DNA of 64,000 nt, taken from Pseudovirgaria hyperparasitica (lineage: Eukaryota). A program made the position numbers and the translations under genes. The first letter of the stretch is position 1; each line of letters starts with the position of its first letter. The notes beneath the pieces were generated by a model. That model had not been told where the DNA came from. It saw nothing but the letters and a program-made list of their open reading frames with translations, and ran no database searches. The stretch is from assembly GCA_010093815.1 (NCBI GenBank), contig ML996569.1; one strand, 5' to 3'. Below are positions 1 to 11,802 of this stretch, one piece after another.

Positions 1-1929
1 TATAGATCTATAAAAGATAGACCTAATAGTTTTAAAGTTATATAAAATATAGTAAGATAGGTTATTACGGACCGAAGTAGACTATAAGTAGATCTTTATA
101 GACGGCTTACTCTACTACGATAGAAAGTACTATATACTAATAGATAACGCACGATTTACTATAGTTAGCCGATACTATAACGCTAACCTAGTAGAATATT
201 TTAGATATATACGCACCCTAAGCTCGATTTATTAGTACTATTTTTAGGAAGATATATCTAAGTATGTTAAAGAATAGATAGCTACTTATCTAATTTATTA
301 AAGAATAAAGGTACCTAGGTATAAGCCATATAGGAACTTATAGCCTCTACTAGTCCCCCTCTTTATATAGGAAGATATTACTATAGATTTTATAGTTAAC
401 TTACCTCTAAGCGAGATACTTAGAATAAGTTATAATTTAATTCTTATTATTATAGATAGACTTATAAAGATATCTAGGTACGTCCCTATATAGAAGACGA
501 TTATATTAAAAGAACTAGTATAAGTATTCTAGAATAAGATTATTAAGGTCTATAGTATACTAAAAAGGATCGTTATAGACTAAGGAAGTATATTCACGTC
601 TAAATTCTAGATATTATTCTACGAAATGGCCGGTATAAATAGAAATATATTAATAGTATTCTATCTATAAATAGATAGTTAGATAGAGCGATAGAACTAA
701 ACGCTCGAGGCCTACCTTCGTGCATTCTATAATTTTAAATAAGATAACTAGGCCTCTCTACTAAGTATAGTAGAATTCGCGTATAATAATAGTTATTATA
801 GTATAATAGGTATTACGCCCTTCTAGGCGAACCTAGAACGTAGTCTAAGAATAGGTTTCAAACCTTACACGGTCTAGTTCGACCAAACGATAGATATTAA
901 CATCCACGCGTAGGAACTAGTAATTAAAATCTTTAAAACCGCACGTAACTATCGCGTAATAATCTAGTAAGTAAATAAGTTATATATAAAGTACTATAAT
1001 AGATTAGTTAAAGATTAAGCGTATAAGAAGGGAGATAAAGTTCTCCTTAATATCCGTAATATATAAATATCGCGAGTAAATAAAAAGCTTAATTATAAAA
1101 TAGCTAGTCTCTTCCGAATTAAACGTTATATTAGTATAAGAGTCTACGAGCTCGACCTAGGAAATAATATAAAAGTCTATAACGTATTCCACGTCTTATT
1201 ACTTAAAAGGTTTTGATCTAATATATATAAACGTATGAACGTATAATTATACTCTATTATACCCTAAGATAGACTAGACGTATACGAAGTAGACTATATT
1301 ATTAAACATAGACTTAATAAGAATAGTATCTAAAAGTATTAAATCTATTAGAAGAACTATACCGAGGATAAGAATACCTAGAAACCTATAGTATATATCT
1401 TAAGTACCGCGATAGCTATATATAAATAGAGGTTATAGGATAACACGTTACTACCGTAAACCTAGCGCTATTAGGGCCGTCGTAAAAAGAAGAAGAATAC
1501 TATAGAAAACGAAGTATTAAATTACGAATCCTAAACGCATACTAGGAAAACTCTATAAGGTAGCCCTATAATTTAAGCGATATATAGTTACTAAACGCGA
1601 AGAAAATATAAATAACCGTTATAGATACGCGACGCGATATATTATAATAGAATAATATAGAGAAGTCTAGAATAGACTAATATAGACTATTATATATAAG
1701 AAGAATATAGAACTAAAAAACTATAAAGGTACCCTACTACGGAATTAAACTCGTAATATATAATATAAAAGGTTAGAGTACCCGAACTAATAACTACTAG
1801 GCTACTAGTTTAGGTACTCTAATATAATTTAGAAAGATAAACTAATTTATATATAATATCTATACTTAAGTAACTTAAAGGAAATTAGAACCTAAAATTT
1901 AATAGTTATAGAATAAATAAGAACGTATA

Positions 1930-3378
1930 TAATATTATTAAGTTAAGAATTAAATTACTAGAAAACTAGTAGATAGGTATCTAAATAGTCTAAAAAGGAC
2001 TAAAACGGATAGAAACCAGGTAGATAGAGCTAATATAGACTATATAGAAACCCTAGTAAATAGAGCCATAGAGCTACTCCTCTATCTTATTATTACTCTT
2101 AGAGCGTAGTAAATAAATTAACTAAGTAATAGAGTAACGGAGGTTAGAGACCTTATCCTCTAGAGTAACTATACGCTTAGTTAGAGCCTAGTAAGATAAT
2201 AACTAAGCGCTAGAGCGGAGCGACTAGACCTAAAGTTAGCTAACGTAGTCTAGAATAATCTAGAATAGAATATATACCCTCTTATAAGGTAACTTAGAAG
2301 GAGAACTAGTAGATCTCTTATAAGACCCGTTAGTAGCATAAGGTAGATAGAAAGGAATAGTATAAATCTCTTCTACGGCCTTAGTAGCTAAAACTAACTC
2401 CCTAGAATAGGTAGTCTAAGTACTAGAAATCTTATAGTAACTAAAAATTATAAGCTAAGGTTAATAATAATTAATAGTTTCTAAACTTATACTTTAATAA
2501 CCTCTAGGAAGAGCTTATAGCGCTCCCTAAACTCCCTATATATAGAAGCTAGGTAACCGCTAGAACTACTAAGAGTCTTATAGACACGAAGATTATTATA
2601 TATATCTTATATATAAATAGGAACCTAAAAATATATTAGTATAGACGACTTTAGATTACCCTAGACTAAAATAGTCTAATAGACTTACCTAAAGATAAAC
2701 TTTACTAAGGACGGTATAGCGGCGGTAGTAGATAGGGAGCTTAAAGATTAGATATATAGGCCTATCACGGTTAGTAGAGTAGTAGCTAATACTAGAGTTA
2801 GAGCGGAAGAGATATTTAGAGCTAGTAGCGTAAGCCTTAATATACTTAAAGTATATTAAACCGTAGTTCGCCGTTTTCCTATAGCGTAAACTATAACTAT
2901 ATTTAGTATCTTTAGCGACCTAGACCTTATTATTACTAGAGCTAGATTTAGAGTAAATATTAAGGTCCTAAAAGAATCTAGAGTAACTAAGTTAGTCTAT
3001 ATTAGACTAAAAAGAGGAATAGTATTTAGAGCGAGATAGCGAAGGTATAAACTCTTAATTATTATCTATAATAAGATCTTCTTTATCCTCTAAAGAAGGT
3101 AGAGTAGATAGATAGCGTAAGTAGATATAGATAGACTTTATAGCTACCTCTTCCGTAATACTAGTACTAGGATTATCTAGATTAGAGTGACTAGTAGCTA
3201 CGTTAGTAGTAATAGTAGTAGTAGCCTTAGCTACCTTCTTCTCTAACTTAGAGCGCGCCTTTATACTACTATAATAAGTAGATTTTTTAGCTAGTATAGC
3301 TAGGGTAGAGGTAATTCCTTTAGAGCGAGTCTTATAAGAGGAGAAGGTAGGCTTAGAAATAGAACTAGTATTAGATAT
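1930..3378 (-). pseudogene. Antisense, intron-containing Cys-rich accessory gene inside the gypsy element (RIP-inactivated)
   Basis: About 107 stop-free codons from 3378 to 3058 despite RIP; later stops in frame are TAA/TAG (ex-Gln). De-RIP CGLMCFKC...CRRC....KVC.Q. Intron 2625-2688 (GTAAGT..ACTAAT..TAG). 3' end approximate. Confidence 0.65.
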
Positions 3379-3865
3379 CTATATATATATATTAGCTAGA
3401 GATCTAAGAGTAGAATACTTATTTAGCCTTAAAGGCGATTAAAGAAGCTAAATTAGTAACTATAATAATATAAATAGATTATATAGGACTAGCTCTAATA
3501 AAAATAGACTACTCTAGACCCGAACGGATCTAAACTAAAGAAGATAGTATATAAATTAATAACTTACCTTAAGAGTAAGGTAGATATACTAGAGAAGAAA
3601 ATTTAGAATAAGAGAACTAAATATAAGCTTAGTTAATATAGTAGTTATATAACCCGCGGAGCTACCTCTAAGGTAGTAGCTATAAAGTAAGGGATAAGCG
3701 TATATATAAATAAAAGTAAACTAGAGCTTAAGTTTACCGATATAAAGACTATTAATAATATTATATAGATTTAATTAGATACGCGTATAAATATAACGCT
3801 TATAGAATTATAGATTTATATATAGCTAAGTACTTTAGGGCGAAGTATAAAAAGAAGAAGAATAT

Positions 3866-4105
3866 TATTAGGGCTAATACTAGGATAGACTTAACTAGAC
3901 TACTATAGTCTAGTATAGTCTATAATAGGTGGACCTAGGTTAAGCTAGCTAGAATAAGCAAGACTACTATATAAGTAGACCGTATATACTTAATTCCTAC
4001 TCTTTAGAAATTAACCTCGTTAGAAGAGTAGACTACCCTTTTAAATATATTCACGAATCCTTCTATAACCTATTAGACTACTATTCTACGTCTATAATCC
4101 TTACA
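3866..4105 (+). repeat. Gypsy 3' LTR (240 bp), copy A
   Basis: Starts TATTAGGG (de-RIP TGTTAGGG) just after the PPT and ends CCTTACA. Similarity with copy B stops exactly here. Confidence 0.75.
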
Positions 4106-4109
4106 TTTA

Positions 4110-4690
4110 TATAAGGAGGCGGGCTCTACGTACTAACTAACTATACTAAAAGGACCGAATCTTAAAGCTACTACTTTAAGGGTAGAGTATACTACTTATA
4201 TATAACTACTATATATATATATAATTAACTAGTAGGCACGTGCCTAATAATATCTCCCCTTTTTAAAGGCGCGTGCCCTTATATATTATAGGTATCTACC
4301 TTATAAAAGATAAACTAAACTAGCTATAATAGGCCTAGTATAAACGAATTATATATACACCTAATTAATACTTATAATACCGCCTCTAGTACTAGACACG
4401 CTAACTTACCGTAGTAATATTACTACTATATTATCTATTATATATATAAAGTACACGTAACGTGGTAAGCTAAATAGAATCGTATAAAATTTAATAACGG
4501 TTAACTAGACCGAGAGTTAAACCCGTGACCCCGTAGTAGCTTTAAGATTATATAAGGAGGCGGGCTCTACGTACTAACTAACTATACTAAAAGGACTAAA
4601 TCTTAAAGCTACTACTTTAAGGGTGGAGCATACTACTTATATACGACTACTATATACATGTATAATTAACTGGTAGGCACGTGCCTAACA
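4110..4690 (-). mobile_element. TRIM (non-autonomous miniature LTR retrotransposon), 581 bp
   Basis: Two 140-bp direct repeats, 4110-4249 and 4551-4690 (TATAAGG..CCTAACA = TG..CA). Minus-strand PPT AAAAAGGGGAGATAT at ~4250-4264. Non-coding 301-bp interior. Confidence 0.85.
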
Positions 4691-6892
4691 AGTTATAGAA
4701 TAAACAAGAACGCACATAATATTATTAAGTTAAGAATTAAATTACTAGAAAACTAGTAGATAGGTATCTAAACGGTCTAAAAAGAACTAAAATAGATAGA
4801 AACTAGGTAGATAGAGCTAATATATACTATATAGAAACCCTAGTAAATAGAGCTATAGAGCTACTTCTCTATCTTATTATTACTCTTAGAGCGTAGTAAA
4901 TAAACTAACTAAGTAATAGAGTAATAGAGGTTAGAGACCTTATTCTCTAGAGTAACCACGCGCTCGGTTAGAGTCTAGTAAGATAATAACTAAGCGCTAG
5001 AGTAGAGTAACTAGACCTAAAGTTAGCTAATACGGTCTAGAATAATCTAGAATAGAATATATATTCTCTTATAAGGTAACTTAGAAGGAGAACTAGTAGA
5101 TCTCTTATAAGACCCGTTAGTAGTATAAGACGGGTAGAAAGGAATAGTATAAATCTCTTCTACGGCCTTAGTAGCTAAAACTAACTCCCTAGAATAGATA
5201 GTCTAAGCGCTAGAAATCTCGCGGCGACTAAAAATTATAAGCTAAGGTTAATAATAATTAACGGTTTCTAAACTTATACTTTAATAATCTCTAGAAAGAG
5301 CTTATAGCGCTCTCTAAACTCCCTATATATAGAAGCTAGATAACTACTAGAACTACTAAGAGTCTCACGGACGCGAAGATTATTATATATATCTTATATA
5401 TAAATAGGAACCTAAAAACGTATTAGTATAGACGACTTTAGATTACCCTAGACTAAAATAGCCTAATAGACTTACCTAAAGATAAACTTTACTAAGGATA
5501 GTATAGCGGCGGTAGTAGATAGGGAGCTTAAAGATTAGGTATATAGGTCTATCGCGGTTAGTAGAGTAGTAGCTAATACTAGAGTTAGAGCGGAAGAGAT
5601 ATTTAGAGCTAGTAGCGTAAGCCTTAATATATTTAAAGTATATTAAACCGTAGTTTGCCGTTTTCCTATAGTATAAACCGTAACTACGTTTAGTATCTTC
5701 GGCGACCTAGACCTTATTATTATTAGGGCTAGGTTTAGAGTAAATATTAAGGTTCTAAAAGGACCTAGAGTAACTAAGTTAGTCTATATTAGACTAAAAA
5801 GAGAAATAGTATTTAGAGTAAGGCGGCGAAGGTATAAACTCTTAATTATCGTCTATAATAAGATCTTCTTTATCCTCTAAAGAAGGTAGAGTAGATAGAT
5901 AGTACGAGTAGGTATAGGTAGGCTTTATAGCTACCTCTTCCGCAATACTAGTACTAGAATTATCTAGATTAGAGCGACTAGTAGCTATATTAGTAGTAAT
6001 AGTAGTAATAGTCTTAGCTATCTTCTTCTCTAACTTAGAGCGCGCCTTTATACTACTATAATAAGTGGATTTTTTAGCCGGTATAGCTGGGGTAGAGATA
6101 ATCTCTTTAGAGTAAGTCTTATAAGAGGAGGAGGTAGGCTTAGAAATAGGACTAGTATTAGATATCTATATATATACGTTAGCTAGAGATCTAAGAGTAG
6201 AATACTCGTTTAGCCTTAAAGATAATTAAAAAAGCTAAATTAGTAACTATAATAACGCGAATAGATTATATAGAACTAGCTCTAATAAAAATAGACTACT
6301 CTAGACCCGAATAGATCTAAACTAAAGGAGATAGTATATAAATTAACGACTTACCTTAAGAGTAAGGTAGATATACTAGAGAAGAAAATTTAGAATAAGA
6401 GAACTAAATATAAGCTTAGTTAATATAGTAGTTATATAACCCGCGGAGCTACCTCTAAGGTAGTAGCTATAAAGTAAGGGATAAGCGTATATATAAATAA
6501 AAGTAAACTAGAGCTTAAGTTTACCGATATAAAGACTATTAATAATATTATATAGATTTAATTAGATACGCGTATAAATATAACGCTTATAGAATTATAG
6601 ATTTATATATAGCTAAGTACTTTAGGGCGAAGTATAAAAAGAAGAAGAATATTATTAGGGCTAATACTAGGATAGACTTAACTAGACTACTATAGTCTAG
6701 TATAGTCTATAATAGGTGGACCTAGGTTAAGCTAGCTAGAATAAGCGAGACTACTATATAAGTAGACCGTATATACTTAATTCCTACTCTTTAGAAATTA
6801 ACCTCGTTAGAAGAGTAGACTACTCTTTTAAATATATTCCTAAATCCTTCTATAACCTATTAGACTACTATCCTACGTCTATAATTCTTATA
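4691..6892 (+). mobile_element. Gypsy element copy B, 3' 2.2 kb (antisense gene, PPT, 3' LTR 6653-6892)
   Basis: Direct repeat of 1904-4105 at a constant 2787-bp offset, differing almost only by C/T and G/A transitions. Confidence 0.9.
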
Positions 6893-9800
6893 AAGAAATA
6901 CGGCTTTTCTTCTAAAGGTTATAAGTATTAAGACTATTATAAACTTAAAGCCTCTAAAGAAGATAATAAGTTAGATAAGAAGTCTTCTAAGTCTTCCTCT
7001 AAAAAGAACTTCTTAAGTAAGTAATAAAAGGCTAATAAGGCTAAAGTTATTAAAATTTTAGATTCTAAATCTAACTCTAATAATAACGTTATTAGTTTCT
7101 TTATAACTATAGCTAATATAAATAGTAAGTAATCTTAAGTAGTAAGTTAGCCTCTTATTTTAGTAATATTTTTAGACCTAGATATTAAAGCTATTAGACT
7201 TCTTACGAATTCTAATATAACTATAGATATATATAACTAGATCTTTAATTTAGGTGTATTATAATATATATTAGATTATATAAATAACTTTACCTTACTA
7301 GAACCGCGTACCTCTAGTAATATATTAATTATAAATTATTAGAAGATTTCTATTAATAGTATTAGAATAGTTTTTCTAAATTATATTCTCTTAGATAATT
7401 CTATAAAAAAGATTAAACTTACTAATATCCTCTTTAGTAAGTAACTAAATTCTATACGCCTTTTCTTCTAGTTATATATTAGAAATTAAGGGTATAGTTT
7501 AAGAGTAAAAAGAAATAATCTCTTCTTATACGACTACTATAGATCTAAAGTAATATAGATAAAATTCTATAAGGGCCTTATAAAGATTTACCTACGCTAT
7601 ATATCTTCTCCGCTTCCATTATATACTATAGTATACTTTATATTATATAAAGAATTCTATTATACTATAGGTTATTATTACGTTATAAATTCTAAAAGAC
7701 TTTATAAAGATTTTAATATAATCTCTAAGCGGCTAAGTAACTTCTACTATAAGAGTTATAGTATATCTAAATCTATATATAAGAAGTCTTTAAGCTTAAA
7801 TAGATAATATAAGATACGGTTTAATAGAGTTTATAGTAATCTCTCTAGTAAAATACTACGTAAGTCTCTAAATAGATTATAGTACTATATCTCCTTTATT
7901 AAAGAATTAACTTATTTTATATAGATCTATTTTATAAAGTATAAGTCCGAAGCTCCCGAAGTTATTATATAATTCTTTATATATATTAAGAAGTAGTTTA
8001 ATATAGGTATTAAAGAATTTATATCTAACTAAGGCGGTAAATATATTACTAAAAGTCTTTAAGACTTCTTTTATAAAACGGGTACTATATATATTACCTC
8101 TCCTATCTACTCTTATAAGTCGAATAGTATAGCTAAAAGATTTAACTATATAGTTTAAATATTAGTAAGATCTATTCTCTCTTCTAATACTAAGTTAAAA
8201 TTCTAGACTAAAGTAATTTATATAATAACGTTTATTAAGAATATTATACTATATACCTCTCTTCTAATAGTTAATATACTATATTATACTCTCTTTAGTA
8301 AGAAGCCTTCTATCTAAAACTTATATCTATTTAGAGTTACCTACTATATATATATCCCGAAAGAAGTACGAAAGCTAGATAGTAAGCTTCTCTATAGATT
8401 AGAGAAAGGTATTCTAGTTAGCTATAGTAAATTAGATAAAATCTATAAGTACTATATTCCTAACTATAAGGTTATTATTAAGTTATAAGATATTACTTTC
8501 GTACTCTTTAATCCGAGACTACTTCTATAGTAATCTCTTTCCTTAATTATTATAGAAAGAGATAGCTCTAAAGAAGAGTCGGATAATAGAGGAGTATCTT
8601 ATAATATACTAGTCGTAATCTAAAATATATAGAACCTCTAGCCCTATATAGAAGATATAATAAGTCTTACTAAGATACTCTAATAGAGATTATCTACCCT
8701 TTCTTATAGTAGGACGTCTCCTACTATATCTAGAGTAAATTAACTAAAATTCGAATCTTCCTCTAGCTATAACCTACTATATAAAAGTCTATATCTATTA
8801 AGATTATCTTCTAATATATCTTATTTTAGAAGGAAACGTAAGTATATAATTTATTTTAATAACTCTATAAATTTAGTAGATGCGGAAGAGAAGAAAATAA
8901 TCTATACTCTATTAGTTAATACTACCTTAAATATAGATATTCCTTTAAATCTAAAAGAGGCTAGGAATTCTTCTAATTAGTATTAGTAGTAAATAGCTAT
9001 TAAAAAGGAGCTAAGAAGTTATAAGATTAATTAATTATAGTAGAAAGCTCTACTTACTACGAATATCCCTATAATAGTTAGCTCTAGATAGGTATTTAAT
9101 ATTAAGACTACTATAGATAATACTAAAGTTTATAAGGTATATCTTATTATATAGGGCTTTACGTAGAAATATAGTCTTAATTATAATAAAACTTTTATAC
9201 CTATTATTAAATATAATTCTCTTTATATTATACTCTAATAGGCTATATAATTTAATAAGTATATTTACTAGATCGATTTTAATACTATCTATCTAAATAG
9301 TAGTCTATCTAAAAATATCTATATATGATACCCGCTAGACTTTAAAAAACTAGGTAAGATTCTTAAGCTCTAAAAGGTAATTTATAGATTAAAATAATCT
9401 AGTTAGAAATAGTTTTATACCTTATATAACCTTCTTTAATCTCTTAAATTTGAATAGTTATAGTTTAATCTATATATCTTTATTAGATATATTATTATTA
9501 CTATCTATATTAATAACCTACTACTTATAGAGAAGAAACCTTATATTTAATACTTTAAGTAATAGATTATAGAACGTATAAAATATAAAGATCTTAGAGA
9601 AGCGCGCTTAATATTAGGTATTAAGATTAATTAATCTTAAGAAGACTAAATTAAGCTTTCTTAAAAGGCTTACTCTTAATATATTCTAAAAAGGTTTAGT
9701 ATAATAGATTATAATAGTAGAAAGACTCTAGTTAATATAAATACCTTTCTAATAAGATCGGAAGAAATTATTAATTAAGAACGCTAGCTTATATATATAT

Positions 9801-10816
9801 AACTAATTAGATTACTTAATTATCTCGTTACTAGTACGCGTCTAGATCTTACCTTTATAGTTAGAATATACACTACTTTTAATACAAATCTATTAGAGTA
9901 ATATACTTAAATAGCCTTTAGTATATTATAATATATTAAGTATACTATCAACTAATACCTTATACTAAAGAAATCTAAAGGCGTAATAGAAATTAATATA
10001 TTCTTAGATACTTCTTAGGGTTTAGATTCTAATACCGCTAAGTCTATCTCTATATATATTCTTTAATTAAATAGAAGCTTAGTTACCTAGAATAGTAAGA
10101 GATAATTATATATTACTAAGTTAATATACAAAGTAGAGTATATAGCCTATTTAAAGACTATAAGTTACTTATAGTAGGCCCTACTAGATATAAAAGAGAT
10201 CTTTATAAGTTATAATATTCTAGTTCCTTATCTTCTTATAGATAATTAAGCTGCTATAGTACTTATCTAAAACTAATAAATTACGGTATAGTCTAAATAT
10301 ATAGCTATATATTATTACGTAGTCCGTAAATTATTTACTAATAGAGTTATATCTATATAGTATATTATAAGTTATAATAATATTACTAATATAGGAATAA
10401 AAGAACTACCCTTACTACTACTAGATTAAATAAAGATAATAATTAGTTTATAGTAGAGTTATTTCTCTTATAGTTATATCTCTTCTTTATTCTTCTTAGT
10501 ACTATCTCTTACTATTACTCTTTTAAGCTTTCCTTTATTTAATTATTACTAAGTATATATATATACTTAGTATAGAGAAGTATTATCGGAAGGTACTTTA
10601 AGTAAGAGATACTATTTCCTAAACGGGACTAGTGTCTAAACGGTTAAATAGCTTTGACTCTATCCCTAGAACTTAGCTATATATATAATTATAGAATATA
10701 TTTAATAACCTTAATCACGTCTACTTTCTACTTATAATAGTAGTAAGGTAATCTATATAGACTCTTAGAGATAAACTAAGGTATTGTATCTCTCTATGTA
10801 AATAGAGGACGTTACA
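6893..10816 (+). mobile_element. Ty1/copia LTR retrotransposon (PR-INT-RT-RNaseH, 3' LTR), RIP-inactivated; 5' part interrupted by gypsy copy B
   Basis: De-RIP motifs WIFDSGASQHM (~7238), RVHSDLSG (~7826), SDQGGEY (~8025), SNGVAERFN (~8120), YKARLVAQGFTQ..G.DYDETFAP (~9131), YVDDL (~9506), EAEYIA (~10130), DNIADIGTK (~10380). Integrase precedes RT, the copia order. Confidence 0.92.
10581..10816 (+). repeat. Probable copia 3' LTR
   Basis: Purine run AGAGAAG then TATTAT (de-RIP TGTT..). Ends GTTACA exactly where the adjacent gene is truncated. No partner LTR in the window. Confidence 0.55.
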
Positions 10817-11195
10817 ATCTTTGCCAGCGGCTATCGTTGTTATAGAAGATACGCGTTACTCGTTCTCCTTAAGATGGCTCTGTTTTAGTCTCTAATGCCG
10901 CTCCTATGAGGTGCATTATTGCTACTACCTCTCCAAGGTCCCTAGAGTCCTTATTATCGGGCGGGTAGGAAATCTTAAAGAGTCGACGTGTTATATGTCG
11001 TATATCTTTATCGTTCTTAAAGTCTTATAGACGAGACTAAGCCCGCTATGCCATATGTATTGCTTTGGCAATAGCTGGTTAAATATCTATGCTATCATTT
11101 CTACATGATTCATCGACATAATAGCGCACCTCCGCCGTAACTAGAGGAAGGTAAAGAAGATAGGTAGAGAGTAGGAATACTACTAGAGAAACCAT
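10817..11195 (-). pseudogene. Secreted-protein gene killed by RIP and truncated by the copia LTR
   Basis: MVSLVVFLLSTYLLYLPLVTA-EVRYYVDESCRND.. signal peptide. Single frame with 5 premature stops, all TAA/TAG (ex CAA/CAG). Ends RIFYNNDSRWQR at the LTR. Confidence 0.75.
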
Positions 11196-11290
11196 TATAG
11201 AGTAGAACGAAAGTTAAAGAATAAAGATTCCGGGAAATTCTTAGTTATAACTTAAATATTATATTTCGATTAAAAAGCGCCATATTTCTA

Positions 11291-11668
11291 TTAAAAAGCG
11301 CGAGCGAGGGATATACTATCTACCCAGACCAGTATAACATCGAAGTTGACATTTCTTAGTCTTAGCTTATTGTAAATTCCTCGTCCTCGAGAGTAATTAG
11401 CTCCTGCATAGTTGTTGACAACGATCGTATGAGGTAACAAGCTCCGTAAAACCTTGGCCTCTGCTGGAGACACGACCACGTCGAGTTTCTCCGCGCCAGG
11501 ATTCAGCGGGTGAGCGGGTAGATAGACCCTCGATCTTGGCTGCCAGTGCATCATCGCCAGCTCTGAATGACACTCGGAGAACCATAAAGCCGGCGTAGTC
11601 GACCTTTTCGCCCGCAGCGCAGCGGCTGCTGCCCAGGGCAACACAAGCGGTAGCCAAAAGAGCCTCAT
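11291..11668 (-). CDS. Small secreted protein (effector candidate), 3' end RIP-affected
   Basis: Hydrophobic N-terminus MRLFWLPLVLPWAAAAA then LRAKR (Kex2-type site). TpA enrichment rises toward the 3' end, so the stop may be RIP-made. Confidence 0.55.
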   Translation of the reverse strand: MRLFWLPLVLPWAAAAALRAKRSTTPALWFSECHSELAMMHWQPRSRVYLPAHPLNPGAEKLDVVVSPAEAKVLRSLLPHTIVVNNYAGANYSRGRGIYNKLRLRNVNFDVILVWVDSISLARAF

Positions 11669-11802
11669 GTTTAATCCCGCGTAACATCATATGGAACCCT
11701 AAACGCGTTTCGACGATGAATAGAGCAATAAGCAACCGATGACCGTGAGTCTGGCGTTGGAAGCCAGTGAGAAGTCCTTACCTAGGTACCGGATGCTTAT
11801 CC

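Larger units (their letters stand above)
1..4105 (+). mobile_element. Ty3/gypsy chromovirus LTR retrotransposon, copy A (integrase, chromodomain, long 3' region, PPT, 3' LTR), RIP-inactivated; 5' part outside window
   Basis: De-RIP reading gives HKPYGNLQPLPVP..WEDITMDFIVDLP (~320-405), VTDRGSVFTSKFW (~572), FHPQTDGQTERQNQTLEAYLRAF (~659) and chromodomain VYEVDHIIKHR..ENTWEP (~1280-1390). Purine tract at 3849-3862 precedes the LTR. Confidence 0.9.
1..10816. other. AT-rich RIP-mutated repeat block (heterochromatin-like)
   Basis: Very AT-rich with strong TpA excess and CpA/TpG depletion. No ORFs in the track. TE protein motifs are readable only after reverting C>T/G>A changes. Confidence 0.95.

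Noticed and set aside
1904..6892. 2.2-kb repeat read as the two LTRs of one element
   Set aside because: Each copy contains a PPT followed by a 240-bp TG..CA unit and an internal gene, so these are two 3' ends, not LTRs.
11193..11197. TAATG stop-start overlap as viral-type translational coupling
   Set aside because: The TAA is readily explained by RIP of a normal CAATG start context; earlier in-frame TAR codons could be the real stop.
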